A stretch of 64,000 nt of DNA from Tubulanus polymorphus (taxonomy: Eukaryota > Animalia > Nemertea), in contig NC_134031.1 of assembly GCF_964204645.1 (NCBI RefSeq), positions 21,025,910 through 21,089,909 of the forward strand. Direction: 5' to 3'. Every line of letters begins with the position of its first letter. Positions within the stretch are counted from its first letter, which is position 1. This document shows positions 12,301-25,217 of this stretch, one piece after another. Made by a program: the position numbers and the translations under genes. Below the pieces are notes generated by a model. That model was given only the letters and a program-made list of their open reading frames with translations. It was not told the DNA's origin and did not search any database.

Positions 12301-15300
12301 CACATGACAAGTTGATCTTCGTTAAAAAAAGACATTTTCAACCTTTATTTCAAAAAATAGACTTCAATGAAAACCAATCTAAAATAAAAATTTCATTACA
12401 TTTTCGAAAAAATAACATCAAAATTGCACATGGACAAAATATCGAACGGATGCGAAGAAATTTTCACGTCATTCACTCGTGATTAATACATGCACATGTG
12501 CAAACATTCCACGACCAACAGAAATAGTTTTTTTGCGACAAGAAGAGATTAATGGGAAAAAAAACAAGAAAATTCATCCATGCATTGTGACGCGATGTAA
12601 GTTCCGTTTCGACGAAGAAATGATCTGAAATTTTCTACTAGAAAAAGACGTACAGAGATAGAGAAAGAAGAGGAGTTAAACACCCTCACGTACGACCGAT
12701 CCATTCTAACCAACGAACGCTTTTATCCGTCTGCTTCTCATTGTCAAAGCTACGATCGTCCGGCACTGAAAAAATCCATCTCTGGTCAACAACTGCTTTG
12801 TCCATCGGATGTTCGAGCAACCGAGGCGATAAAAACAGTTATTAGCTGAAGAAAGATACCTTTCGTGTCGTACTGTATCGTGCTTTGAAAAAAAAGACGT
12901 TATTCCTTTTACATCTCAAAAGAGAAACAGTTTGCAATCTACTGCCCGGAGCCACCCTCCTCTACTGCCCGGAGCCACCCTCCTCTACTGCCTGGAGCCA
13001 CCCTCCTCTTACTGCCTGGAACCACCCTCCACTATTGCCTGGAGCCACCCTCCTCTACTGCCTGGAGCCACCCTCCTCTACTGCCTGGAGCCACCATCCA
13101 CACTGCCTACTGACTGTCAGTCAGAACGGATCGATTTGTTGAGAGGGAGCTTGAAGCCATCAACGTGAAAAAAAAAAACATCCCAAATGTTTGAAGCTAA
13201 GCTCAGGTCACCCGGAGGCAACTGGTAACAGTCGCTGTCCAGTGATATACCTGAGCTACACTTTAATAATACCGAGATCAGTGCATTGAAAATGAGCGCC
13301 ACCTACCATGATGATTATTTCTCGAAGGAATACCCCGCCAATCTGTAAGCAATAATTTGCACCAATCTCTCAAAAACAAGTTCAATTCGTAGAATTCTCT
13401 GGGACTTGAGATTAATTAATAAAAACTAGGGATTTCAACAAAATCAGAAAGAAGGTGAAAGGCTTTTTTTCTTTATATTTTTTTCTAGGTTTCAAGAATT
13501 TCAACTATGCAGGATTTCGTCATTCAAAAAAGTTGATATAAAGAATTTTAATCACTCGTTGAGTTTATACAGACTTTTTTTTCATAACTTTGAGTACAAT
13601 TGGAGACGAAGGGAACAAAATACAAAATACAAAAAAAGAAAAAAAATGAATTTTTTAGTTTGGAGGGGAACAGGAAAGAATATAAATAGATATGGTAATT
13701 TTTTTGAATTTTTGAGCATTTTTCACATAAAAAATTTCATTTTTCATTTGATGATTTTTGCAGAATTCCGGGATCCGTATTCAAAGTAATTAAATAAAGA
13801 CTTAAGAATCAAAAATAATTCAGCCTCGAAACAATTGCCATAAAAATATAAATGAGGCTGCACTCTTACCTGTGTTAGCATTTATACCGCGACCAGAGCT
13901 CAATCCTGATGGTTCTGATGTGACAGGCCGAGATGACAACCATTCAGGTATACCATTCCCTATAAAATATAAAACAACAATCTCCATTGAAACTGTATGA
14001 ATTACTAATTTATATCGCACTGGTTGCACATGAACAACTATCTTCGCTGAATACATAATCTTAGAAACATTTTTTCCCGTCTTAATTTCTGATCTTATCC
14101 TAAAAGGTCAGTTTACTCCATGATTCACGTCTCCTTTTAACTATTTCCTTCCTAGATTTCAAGTGGAAAATACAGGATAATAAAAAATTAAAACTAATGT
14201 TTTCCCTGTTCCCTTTTATTTTAATGCTTGTATGGAAAAGATATTTCTATGATTTTTTCTGTTTTTTTTCTTTGCCCTTTCTTTTTTTCTGTGCTTCAGT
14301 TAATTTTTGAAAAAATACCTTTAGGTTCAAGGAATGATGAAACCTATTTCTTGATTTCTTTGCGCTAATGGGTTCTACCCGACGCTGAGCCGCCATTTCC
14401 ACAGTAGATTTCAGATACAAAATTCGTAAGACAGATCAAATAGTTTTGAATTTCTATCGTTGGAGCAAAGTATAGATATGGATGGCGGGGAGGGGGAGAT
14501 GAGGGAAGGGGGTTTCACTTACTTGATGAATTTTGACCGGCTGATGCAGACATGTTATGGTTACTATGCTGCACAGCGGCAGCTGCCACTGCTGCTGCTG
14601 TACTCTACAAAAATAGAAAACAAAACATTACAAATAATTAAACTCAGTTTAGAATCACAGATGCCTTTCTACTTTTTACATCGATTATAGGTAAATATTA
14701 ATATAAATACTTTTCAAAAATTTAAGAATCACAAAGTTAAATAGATCGAGGCACTGCAAGAAACATCAATCATGTGACGTGGGCCAAATTGTCTTCGAAC
14801 ATTAGCATGAAGACAAAATAATCAGGAGGGTATGTTTCAATTTTCAAAACGTAAAGGATGCTGTTAACTAAATATTCTAATTCAATCGACAAAACCAATA
14901 AAGAAAAATTGCCAGTTATTTCCGAGAGATCTTAAAAAAAATGACAACAACAACAATTGCATTAGAAGTACACGACATATTGTTAACCGATAATCTATAA
15001 TGATAATGATGCGTCTAGCATGAAAGAAGGTTCCGCCGCGGGCCACATTCTATCCAACCGGTCATGAAGGATGTAAGAGAAAGGACTCATCTAATTGAAT
15101 AGGAAAAACAAGGAAAATCAATGAATAGAAACAAATATTAGCAGAATTGATCAATGATTCTAGATCGCTTACGGCTACGAGTATTGAATCAAGCGTAATA
15201 AACATGAATTTCTAGGAAGTATGTGACATTCTGTGAGCAAATTGAAGTCGAACTGAAAAATGCCTATCCATTAGCGTACCATCGGTTTCAAATTGTTCAC

Positions 15301-18300
15301 ATGAAAATTCACTCAATAATTCAAATTAGTGAAAAGCGAGAATTCTCCAAAAAAATGAGGGGGTTACGATGAACTGCCTACAATCCGACAAATTGAATGT
15401 ACTGGCATCATCAACCAGGTCTTATCTCAACATATTTTCAATTGTAACCTTTTGATTTCAAGCCCAGTTTGAAACATAAATGGAAACAATTTTTGATTTT
15501 GTTTCTGGTACGACTTTGCTCACACAATCAGATCAATAAACCTGGCAGAAGCGCAGTGTTGGGAGAGGGGGGAGGGTTAAGGAGGTTAGGACAAACTGCC
15601 CACAATACGACAAAGGTCCGCTTTTGAAAAATGAACTTGCATGAACTGAATGAAATCCTTGTCCTGTGTACTTCTGGGGCCAGTCGCATAGTCGTGACTT
15701 AAGTCCAATAGTGGTCTTAAATATTAAGACTGGTCTTAAGTTGTTAGATTGGCTATAGAATTAAGTTTGTCTTAGACTGGTCATAAGTCTAAGTCATGAC
15801 TGCGCAACCGACCCCCTGGTCTTATAAGCCTACTGGAACTTAGGACTGGCATTGGACTCAAAACTGCCCACAAAACCAGTCACGTTACGGGCCGACCTTT
15901 AAAAAAATATTTCCTGAGACGGATTGATTACATATTGGATTAAGATTCATACATTTCGACAGATATCTCCTGCGATGACTCGTGTCATCGCAGGGCTGCA
16001 CCGAACAGTGAAATGGTTGAATTTTTTCAGTGATGAAAAAAGCCAATGAACGAACAACACATTTTTGTAGGAAACAAGAGCCAACTGATATCTGAGAATG
16101 GTTAAGTGGCGAACATCAAAATCTTTCGTCTATGGTTTTTGTACGTTGGAAAACATTATCGACAACCCGATCGGTGGATGGATCGGTGGATGGATGGATG
16201 AGCGGATCGGGATAGATGCGTTTCAAGGAAATGATGACACCGATGTCATTACGTTATACTGCTGGATGTGATGTAATATAATCGATGTGTAAGATATATG
16301 CAGGTAGACTGGCTGTGGATGTTGCTCCTCATGCAGCACCTCGTACAGCTCCTCATGCAGCTCCTCGTACAGCTCCTTGTACAGCACCTCGTGCAGCTCC
16401 TCGTGCAGCTCCTCATGTAGCTCCTCGTGCAGCACCTCGTACAGCTCCTCATGCAGCACCTCGTGCAGCTCCTCATGCAGCACCAGGTAATCATCTGAAT
16501 AATCCGTAGCATACCAGATATCATTGTACTCGCGTATTTTATCATTCGCGCAAACGAATAAACAACGGGAAGAGTCGCGAAGACTTAGACAAAAACTATA
16601 GCAAATAATTTGGTTCTTATAGTCCAAATTTTGACCGGTCAAACTAATTGTCGCGTGAACTTTTGTAATATTCTTTATTGGTGGTTTAACCGTTCTAAAT
16701 AGCAAAGTGTGAACATGGCTGAGGATACCGATCAACCAAAACTGCCTCCCCCCCCCCCGAGGAAAGCTTATCTTGTTTTGGAATTAATTCCATATCCAAC
16801 TCAGATTTACCAATGCCCAAAAATGTAGATTAAACCGAAAAGAATTTCTAGAGGAATCAAAGGTCATCGAATCAAAAAGTCGCTCATAGCCGCACCAACA
16901 GTTGCCAACAGTTAGCCCTCGTCGGTCCCGAGATTATGTCACATAATCGGTCGTTCATGGTCCCGAGATTATGTCACATAATCGTTATACGTAATTATCT
17001 GAATCCGAGCAAAAGATGCGCGTTTTAAAAGTTGTTAGCGCGATGGAAAAACTGGTGAATCGCGTTAATCTGAAACACATCATACGCGCTTCCAATTCTT
17101 TGATCGCTGCCGTGTTTCTCTAATGAACTGAAATGTTGCGTAAAGATGATATACTATCCACATTATCCTGTCATCAGTCAGTATCCACACTATCCACACT
17201 ATCCTGTCATCAGTCAGTATCCACACTATCCACACTATCCTGTCATCAGTCAGTATCCACACTATCCACACTATCCTGTCATCAGTCAGTATCCACACTA
17301 TCCACACTATCCTGTCATCAGTCAGTATCCACACTATCCACACTATCCTGTCATCAGTCAGTATCCGCACTATCCACACTATCCTGTCATCAGTCAGTAT
17401 CCGCACTATCCACATTATCCTGTCATCAGTCAGTATCCACACTATCCTGTCATCAGTCAGTATCGGGATACACTATCCACACTATCCTGTCATCAGTCAG
17501 TATCCACACTATCCACACTATCCTGTCATCAGTCAGTATCAGGATACACTATCCTGTCATCAGTCAGTATCCACACTATCCCGTCATCAGTCAGTATCGG
17601 GATACACTATCCACACTATCCTGTCATCAGTCAGTATCCGCACTATCCACACTACCCTGTCATCAGTCAGTATCCACACTATCCACACTATCTTGTCATC
17701 AGTCAGTATCCGCACTATCCACACTACCCTGTCATCAGTCAGTATCCACACTATCCACACTATCCTGTCATCAGTCAGTATCCGCACTATCCACACTACC
17801 CTGTCATCAGTCAGTATCGGGATACACTATCCACACTATCCTGTCATCAGTCAGTATCCACACTATCCACACTATCCTGTCATCAGTCAGTATCGGGAGT
17901 ATAACAGTTTACTAAGTACTGATCTGAGGTAATATACTCTTAACTCATCATTGACTTAACCTTATCTTTTAGTGTATACATCCGCCAATAGGAGGCGCTA
18001 GCGCTAGCCTCGAACTTTTTTGTCGCCATTAAAATTGCTACAATATTGTTTAGACACATTGATAACAATTGGTGTTACAGTTGTTACAGTTGATATTCTG
18101 TATTACTGAATGCTTTAATAAGGCGTGAATCTTAAATTGAATGGATCACTAAAACTGAACAGAATCCTCACTCGCCCCAAGCCTCATTGTTTCTCATAAA
18201 CTAAGCCCCTTAGCGTTTTGCTCGAGACAAAAATCTTATCGAATATATTTTTGGCTTGAATAATGCGATGAAATCGCAGGGGAGCTATTTCCAGGGATTA

Positions 18301-21300
18301 ATTCACACCTATCAGTTCCACGTCAATCAAACTTCATTCAAAAAAGCTTAACAGTATATTGATTGACAAGTTTCAGGGTCATTCACTGGTCACGGTAAAA
18401 TGAACGCACTCTATTGGTTTAATGGTGACTGTCCTCAGGCGTTCATTCAGTCTACCATCGGGAGGAGTATTGAATATTTGACGATAAAACCAACCCATTA
18501 TCAAAACCCGATCCCCCCAAGAGTTCATTCCATTTTCTAATGATTTGATTGCAAAAATTAATCAGAATTCTAAACCATAGATAGAAATAATAGACAGTAA
18601 TCCATTCAATTTGTGACTCATTTTTAATTGACTAATAATCTATTCTATTCTATACTATACTATACTATCCCTAAATATGAGAGGAATTGTAGCTATATCT
18701 TTTTATATTTGTAGTTATTCAATGCTCACGAATGATTTTCAATGAAAAGTTTTTATCTGAACTTTTCAGAAATAAATCGTAAAAATTCATAAAGTTTCAG
18801 TTACAGGTTTTTATTGAAATGGAGCTCAAATTCAAGATAAAAATACATCGTAAACTGCTCGATGTTAAACAAATCGATTACTGAAATTTTAATTGAAGAA
18901 ATTTCAAACGGGCCGAGCGCTTTATCATTTATATTTTTTCCCGAAACCGAGATAATGCTGGTTTTTGTGAGGCCGTTTACAAAACAGTTTAAACCCTTTC
19001 CTTTTTCAAATCGATTCCGAACAATTTTGATTGAAGAAACATGTTAGCGAAAATGTTTGGTCTGTGGCTTTTAAACGGCGACATTTGACGAGCAGATATA
19101 AATTGTATAACTATCTATTGCTCCATATCGACCGAGAAAAAGTTTTCCCGTGTTCTTGGCTAGGCCTACACAACTTTTGCCTTCAAAAATAACAAATCCA
19201 TACATAACCAGATGTCGTGGATTTCTGAAAAACAACATGCCCACTAACTACCCGGAAGTTAGTAACCTTTCACATCGTAGCGATAAACTATAAATCTTTT
19301 AAGTAAAAACTCAAGTCGTGGGCGCGGGCACCGTGCGGGCTAACGTCACAAAAATATCTCATCAAACAAATGATCGGAAAATGATTTGAAATTACGTCGA
19401 CCCGCGGCGACCCTACCAGCGAAATCGGCGCAACAATTACCTTTTTAATACACGTTTCGTCAAGCAAATTTTCCCTCGAAAAACAAATTCTACTTTTGAA
19501 ATCCAGCTGTTTAACGACAACACGGATTCTACAGCGGGCAGATTATGTGTAAATATATATAACATAAACATTCCTCCATAAACAATTATTCATATGAATT
19601 ACCTAAATATATATACATATATATATAACAGTAAATTGAATAATGAATAAAAACTGACAATTATCTGTGTATGTGTAAAAGGAAGAAATCGATTGTATGA
19701 ATTTGAGGAGTGACGATACATGAGGAAGTTCTATTGTTTTTAGCCGTTTCCCTGAAGGTATTTATAGAACGACTGAATTCAGAAATATTCTTTATAATAC
19801 GCAGGAGTGGTACATACATTTTTGACAATAATATTCATCTATAGATATTTTCATATTGATTGAATGTAAGCTGCTGTTCATGTGTTACACTGATATTATA
19901 TTTCACAATCTTAGTATAATTTATCATTCTCGAGATCAGTGATTATTGCAGTGGTTTTCTTTCAACTCACTAATTCATTCTAAATTTTATCAGGTTGCTT
20001 ATTTAGGGTTTCAGTTAGCATAGGGTTAGGGTTAGGGCTAGCACATGAGGCTCACTCTATCCAAAACTTCAGCTCGATATTGATGATCTCGTGATTGCTC
20101 AGCCTCCTACCAATATTCAAATAAAATTACTATTATTATTATCATCAGTAAAACATTATGCATAGAATCTTCATTTGGTTTTGGACCATCCTATTTTCTT
20201 TAAAATGTCGATTTTCAAGCACACAAAAACTGAATCGACAAAGTCATGGTTGTACGAAACAGTTGAACGTCGTCACGAGAAATGTTTGAAAATTTGAACA
20301 ATGGAACAAAACCACAAATGCTGCGGAGATGGGGAGCTGTGCTGAACAACCATTCATACAAACAAAACAATTACCATCCACTTATTATCATTTCTTAAAC
20401 GTATTACGAGAGCTCTTCGCTATTCTTATCTTATACAGATTTGTTAATCAAAACAATTGAAATGTTGATGAAGTTACGGCGTACAAAAAGTATATCTGAT
20501 GACAGTGGCTCCCTCGCAGGTCAGAAAACTTAGACGAACAATTCCGAGATAGATTCACTTTTTATATCGCAACCAAATGCATAATTTCCAAAATCGAAGT
20601 GAAACGTTAGCGATTAATTTCTCTTTAATTAGCTCCACAAGATAGGATTTTAAAAAATCCACCACCCGCCATTTTACATGTAGTTTCATTGTTTATTATT
20701 TGTACCAAAAAAACGACGAGCCACAAAACGTTTGCGAAAACATCAACTGCGTTTCAGTTACCGATTTAAGGAGGGTTTAATGCGTTTACGAGGTCGAAAA
20801 GAGACGCCATCTTGTTTTCTTCATATCGACCGAACGCCGCCATTACTTACTTTTAAAAATTGTTACCATAAAATATCCAAAAGATTCCGAGGGTAAAAAC
20901 TGATAGAATGAAAGCGCGAAGTTAGTTTTTTTAACGTGATACATATAGACTATTCATCTGTGACATACGCTGTCAACACCACCGTAATCTACTTCAGGAA
21001 AAATCTTTAAAAATTCACCCGGAAAACTTTTTGCGTAAATGTGAAACTTTCCTACGTCATTCATGGCGAAAAAATCATACGCACACGAACCATTCGCGAC
21101 ATTTCATTTTCTCGTATAAATATCCGACAAACCTACTCAACTGGTAAAAATCCCGAGTTATCCATCGCGAAACGGCGTTCAAAACACAAACGTTTTTATT
21201 TTTTTTCGAAACATATCTTACCTGCAGATGAAGCACCGCTTTTGCGATAATTTTTGCGTCATCAAAATGCTCAATGTATTGCATGCTTCAACACAGTTAG

Positions 21301-23690
21301 CTTTTATGCAAATCAGCACAGCGTCGGTGATATAACAAACTAAACACGCACGGTTTTAAAAATAGACGGCTTCTAACCTATATGCGTTGTACCAACAGCA
21401 GACGAAAGTATGTAGGGTTTTCCTCTTTTCACTAGTGTCTGTTGTGGCAGTGTTAGCTAACGCACCAACACCGAGAAAAGAATTCCTATCAAAAACAAGT
21501 AAAGCTCGCTGGGTTGACCCAATTTCACCGCGTTCTCAACGTTAGCTGTTTGAATCGGTTACACAATGAAGACAATATAATCCGGCGCGGGTCTCCCGTG
21601 GTCCTAATACGTCGACACATTGTCTGTCCAAAAAACGGACGCGTAAACAAAGCGAAATGGCTTTTCGGATCGCGAGACTAAACTCGATATACATTCAGAC
21701 ATTGGCAAGTTTTCCTAAGCCCTCACCGTACACTAGACACACATTTTAACAGTTCAAATTAGGTTGCGTAAGTTTGTTAAACAAATAATAACGTTAATAC
21801 GAATTCATGAATGTAGAGGGAACTTTAAAAAACGGATTGGTTTTCAAAAAATCTTTTCGTAAACTATGAACTATGTTAAGACCATCGACGACAAAACAGG
21901 GCACGAAAACTTGAGGAAAGAGATATCGTTTATGAAATAGAGGGTATCTGATCGCTGGTCATTTGCGCCATTTCATGGATTCCTATAAGTTAAAAAAAAG
22001 CTTTTTACAGGGAATCACGACGACGACTTCATTCTAAACGAGGGTACAATTCATTCCAATTCAACTAGATAGAAATATCATAAATCAAATCAAATAGATG
22101 ATTTATAATTTGGGAATGTTGAAAGATATTTTTCATTTCACGATGGAATTACCACAAAACATCTGCTAATGAATCTAGATAATGATAACACACATTATCC
22201 GTATACGGCATGATCCCGAGGCTTTTCATAAAAACCGCTCCAAATTTCCTCCGTTCAACATATTGACGATACAGCAGTCAGAGGCGCCATCTCATAATTT
22301 TACTACGATTTACACCGATTCATTTCATCCGTTTGAAAGGACTTTTTCATTCATTATAAAACGTAGCCTATAAGCGAAACAGGTATTAAATAACGGGTTC
22401 GTTTGGCTAATTAGTTTGTAACGAGCCCGCGGCGGCTACAACTTATTCCTTTACGAGGGGGGTAATTATCGAAGGGCACTGTAGCGACACTTTCCATTTC
22501 AACCATTTTACTATTGAATTTTAAAAAATTGCTCGCTGAGATGAGAAGTTGATCGCGAGGAGAGAGAGCAGTGAACGAGAAATTACCCACTTCAATCAAC
22601 AGAAGACATTGTATAATTACTGATCATTCAATTCACTTCCATAGATTCGCTGTTTGATTTTATATATAGTATATTTCCAAATACGTATATTTTTCATTGT
22701 ATTCTAACTAAGACTAGTTCTGTGTGGTCGAGAACTTTCAAACACAAACCTCCATTTCGCTACTGGCAGTTGTGGTAGGTTTGTAATGGACGGTTAATCA
22801 AAACAAATCAAACGAAATCTTCCGATCAAATAGATTGCAGTCAATCGCCATTATAAAATGGAAAAAAATAGTCAGGGCCAAATCACGCAGTCACGGCTTA
22901 GATCAGTTTAAGAGCATCTCGATTCTACAGGCAATATAACATCTTAGGACCTGTTTTAAGATTTACGATTATGTTTGGTCAATACTTTGGGTTCAATAAT
23001 CGAGTTAAACCGGGTTTAGAATCAGTCCGATTCTTGGCCTAAAATTTGACCATTAACCCAAAATGAACTCGTAACCGTCTAATTTCATATCCAATATAGA
23101 GATTTCTAGCATTTCTTTACAAGGCATCCAACAATTTTACCAGGTTTCAAAGCCTTATTAAATTTCACCCCTAATCAAATTGAGTTCACTTTTCCAGCTG
23201 AGAACAGTGCATCGAATCCACGCTATTTTCACAGTTGGATTTAAGAACGAGATTGAGAAATCTATAGTTATTTTTAAAATATGCTCAAAATCTATTATCA
23301 AAAACATATGGATCAAATCGAACGAATGAATGAATTTTTTATCGAACTATTGACGAAAAATGCAGCAAAAATAAGCAATGAATAAACGAATATTTGCTGC
23401 AGAACAACAAATAATCATTCACATTTATATTTCACAGTTCGGATAAGTCGTTTCCTCCAATTCTCTTTATATCGACATTAACATTTAAACAGAAATTTGT
23501 TTCAATATTTAAAGAAAACTAACGCGGCCAGCCGGTCCTTCACTTCAAATAGTTCACAACAACAATATACAAGATAAAAAATTGCCATTATTCTAACCTG
23601 ATATCGCCTCAACAACATATCCATTGTATTCATTGATGGGAACATGTCAAATCCGGGATCCATGGTTGGCAATAAAGTTCCACCAAGCAT
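7897..23690 (-). CDS. rn: Spliced gene model: rotund/LIN-29/ZNF362-like C2H2 zinc-finger transcription factor, join(23598..23690,14523..14604,13870..13959,10644..10918,7897..8910), 1554 nt, about 517 aa
   Basis: All introns are GT-AG with matching phases (0,1,1,0) and the joined frame is open. The finger region (KPYKC..C.K.FANSSYLSQH.RIH.GIKPY...FTQLSHLQQH.RTHTG.KPY...QLSNLQ.H...CNSCYKCF.DE..L.DHIPKH...KHLKTHIC..CGKSYTQETYL..H..KH) matches the Drosophila Rotund/Squeeze and C. elegans LIN-29 signature as I recall it. Choice of first exon is the least certain part. Confidence 0.85.
9651..10065. repeat. Intronic minisatellite, about 34-bp unit AACCGACCTCGTCTAGAGTCRCAGGAACCYCT.., about 12 degenerate copies
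   Basis: Tandem units start at 9651, 9685 and onward, with length variants. Confidence 0.92.
10644..10918 (-). CDS. rn: Internal coding exon (275 nt, phase 1 to 0): Ser/Thr/Pro-rich, QLVVPQP motif, first half of ZF1 (YQCKMCDQ)
   Basis: Acceptor tttcatctcgttttAG at 10919-10920, donor CAG|GTATGT. Splicing to 8910 rebuilds a complete finger YQCKMCDQ-MFESKSDLLVHSHQVH. Confidence 0.93.
11072..11190. mobile_element. Partial copy of AGCCGCGATCACAC MITE family (intronic)
   Basis: AGCCGCGATCACATGGAGACAATTTGGCCCCGGCCAATTTGG matches the reverse complement of 25175-25217 and the start of 29431. Confidence 0.7.
12939..13092. repeat. Intronic minisatellite, 23-bp unit CTACTGCCTGGAGCCACCCTCCT, about 6.5 copies
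   Basis: Seen directly; accounts for ORFs 12885-13142 and 12932-13168. Confidence 0.92.
13870..13959 (-). CDS. rn: Internal coding exon (90 nt, symmetric phase 1-1): (R)NGIPEWLSSRPVTSEPSGLSSGRGINANT(E)
   Basis: Acceptor gttttatattttatAG, donor CAG|GTAAGA, open and in frame with both neighbours. Confidence 0.8.
14523..14604 (-). CDS. rn: Internal coding exon (82 nt, phase 0 to 1): STAAAVAAAAVQHSNHNMSASAGQNSS
   Basis: Acceptor ttttctatttttgtAG, donor CAA|GTAAGT, poly-Ala tract typical of transcription factors, phase matches the next exon. Confidence 0.82.
15676..15815. mobile_element. 140-bp palindromic MITE (Harbinger-like GGGGCC.. ends)
   Basis: GGGGCCAGTCGCATAGTCGTGACTTA versus the reverse complement of the right end, GGGGTCGGTTGCGCAGTCATGACTTA. 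Internal GGTCTTAA repeats; CTG at both flanks. Confidence 0.65.
16323..16484. repeat. 12-bp tandem repeat RCAGCWCCTCRT, about 13 copies
   Basis: Seen directly; accounts for three overlapping low-complexity ORFs. Confidence 0.9.
17152..17895. repeat. Intronic minisatellite, 36-bp unit (TATCCACAC)x2-TATCCTGTCATCAGTCAG with 27-bp and GGGATA variants, about 21 copies
   Basis: Seen directly; accounts for the ORFs at 17080-17932. Confidence 0.95.
21222..21284 (-). CDS. Candidate alternative first coding exon: MQYIEHFDDAKIIAKAVLHLQ
   Basis: agcATG start with an in-frame stop just upstream, 21 codons, strong phase-0 donor CAG|GTAAGA compatible with the 14604 acceptor. Confidence 0.45.
23598..23690 (-). 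CDS. rn: Probable first coding exon: MLGGTLLPTMDPGFDMFPSMNTMDMLLRRYQ
   Basis: acaATG start, 31 codons, phase-0 donor CAG|GTTAGA. It is preceded by GA-rich leader-like sequence and a CCAAT-containing promoter-like region. Confidence 0.62.
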
Positions 23691-24379
23691 TGTGAGTTAA
23701 CAAAAAATCTCTTTCTTCAACTCTCTCTCTCTTGTCTCTGTCTCTTCTCTTCTTAATTCGAACTCAGTATCTGTTCATATGTGCACATCCATGTTTACAT
23801 ACATTCAAAATAATCAATTATCACTTATTTCTGGTCGGAAAATTCGCCGGTTTCAAAATCCATCCAAGCTCGAGTCAATGTTAGTTTATTGTCCTCCACA
23901 TCATTTGCGGGTTCCGAAGTTTTTCTCCAACGCAAAAAAAGAACCAGTTTAAACGGCCAGCCGAACGACTATATAATATCAGTGTGTCTGTGTGGCAGTA
24001 ACGTGTGTCTCGCGATCGGTATTATTTCAACCTGTCTGAATAAGGTCTAGTCGCATACAGTGCACCACTTGTGAAGCTGACTGTCGATGCATCAGACAAA
24101 AAAATCATTACAACAATTTTTCATTTCTAAACGCGCACGCACGCACAGGCGCGCGCGACGCATACGACAAAAACAACATCCCAATCAATACCGCTTCTCC
24201 AAAAAAACATTCCCAAAATTTTCAGACGAATAAACGACAATCACGCGACAATCACGCGACGAAGAAAAATCATCAAAATTTAAGCGATTAAACAAAAACT
24301 AAGCAGAGACGACGGTTGATTATTGACGATCAGTTGAACGCAGATCGTAGTGAAACGTCTCATCAACAGCACGCGACTG

Positions 24380-24620
24380 TAAACTTCAACCAGTTTTTCA
24401 TGACTTTTATCATGTTTTTAATTGAGTCGTCGGTGTACGGCATCGCCGCGAGAGGGCGCTGACGACTGTATACCGAGATGATCGGTGAGCCTCCCATCTG
24501 GTAGCTAGATAATGTATCGGTGACACCCTCAACCCGGTATTGGATTAGCATTCATTAACCAATGAAATGTGGCAGCACAACTCAGCCGCTCACTGAAACA
24601 CTCATACACATATATATATA
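24380..24620 (-). promoter_or_regulatory. Putative proximal promoter/TSS region for the 23.7-kb first exon
   Basis: Locally GC/CpG-rich, two CCAAT boxes (ATTGG at about 24539, CCAAT at about 24559), 0.7-0.9 kb upstream of the ATG. Confidence 0.35.
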
Positions 24621-24908
24621 TACACGCCCAACACATCTGGAGCACATGTTAAATCAAGTTCCCTGGATATATATGATATTAGAAAGGTTCTTACACATCA
24701 AATTAACTGAGAGATATGGACCGATATTCCCTTAGAATTAACTACAGATAATTCCCTTAGAATTAATTAACAGACACAGCTGATTCCAAAAATCAACAGC
24801 AACAGTTTTAACATAGTATTGTTTTAAAATAAGAAAACAAATCGAAAGTTCGATCCCGATCTTGCGAATAGGGCAGCTCGCAAAAATCTGTCAAAATCGA
24901 GTTGCAAT

Positions 24909-25217
24909 AGCCGCGATCACACGAGCATTTTTGGCCCGGAACAACTCTTCACACGGGTGCCAAATGGGCCCGAGCCTGTGTAGCCCGGCAAAATTTGGCC
25001 CGACCAAAAACGTCGGACCAGGCCCGAGCCAAATGATTGCGTTTGAATTGCGACTGGCACCGGAAATGATCCACTTCGCTTTGTTTGAGCATTGTTTAGT
25101 ATCGAGTGAATGGTTTACGTGTGAGTGCACTCTCTAATTAGGCACAGGCCAAATTTGGCCCGAGCCTGATCGGTGCCAATTTGGCCCGGGCCAAATCGTC
25201 TCCGTGTGATCGCGGCT
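24909..25217. mobile_element. Full-length 309-bp MITE, AGCCGCGATCACACG terminal inverted repeats
   Basis: Perfect inverted termini (AT)AGCCGCGATCACACG ... CGTGTGATCGCGGCT(AT), internal TTTGGCCC/GGGCCAAA sub-repeats, homologous copies elsewhere in the window. Confidence 0.85.

Noticed and set aside
16223-16735. 170-aa HEEL-repeat ORF in the intron
   Set aside because: Driven by the 12-bp repeat, with no convincing splice sites or domain.
17080-17932. Long ORFs (up to 260 aa) on both strands
   Set aside because: Translations of the 36-bp minisatellite, with no unique coding flanks.
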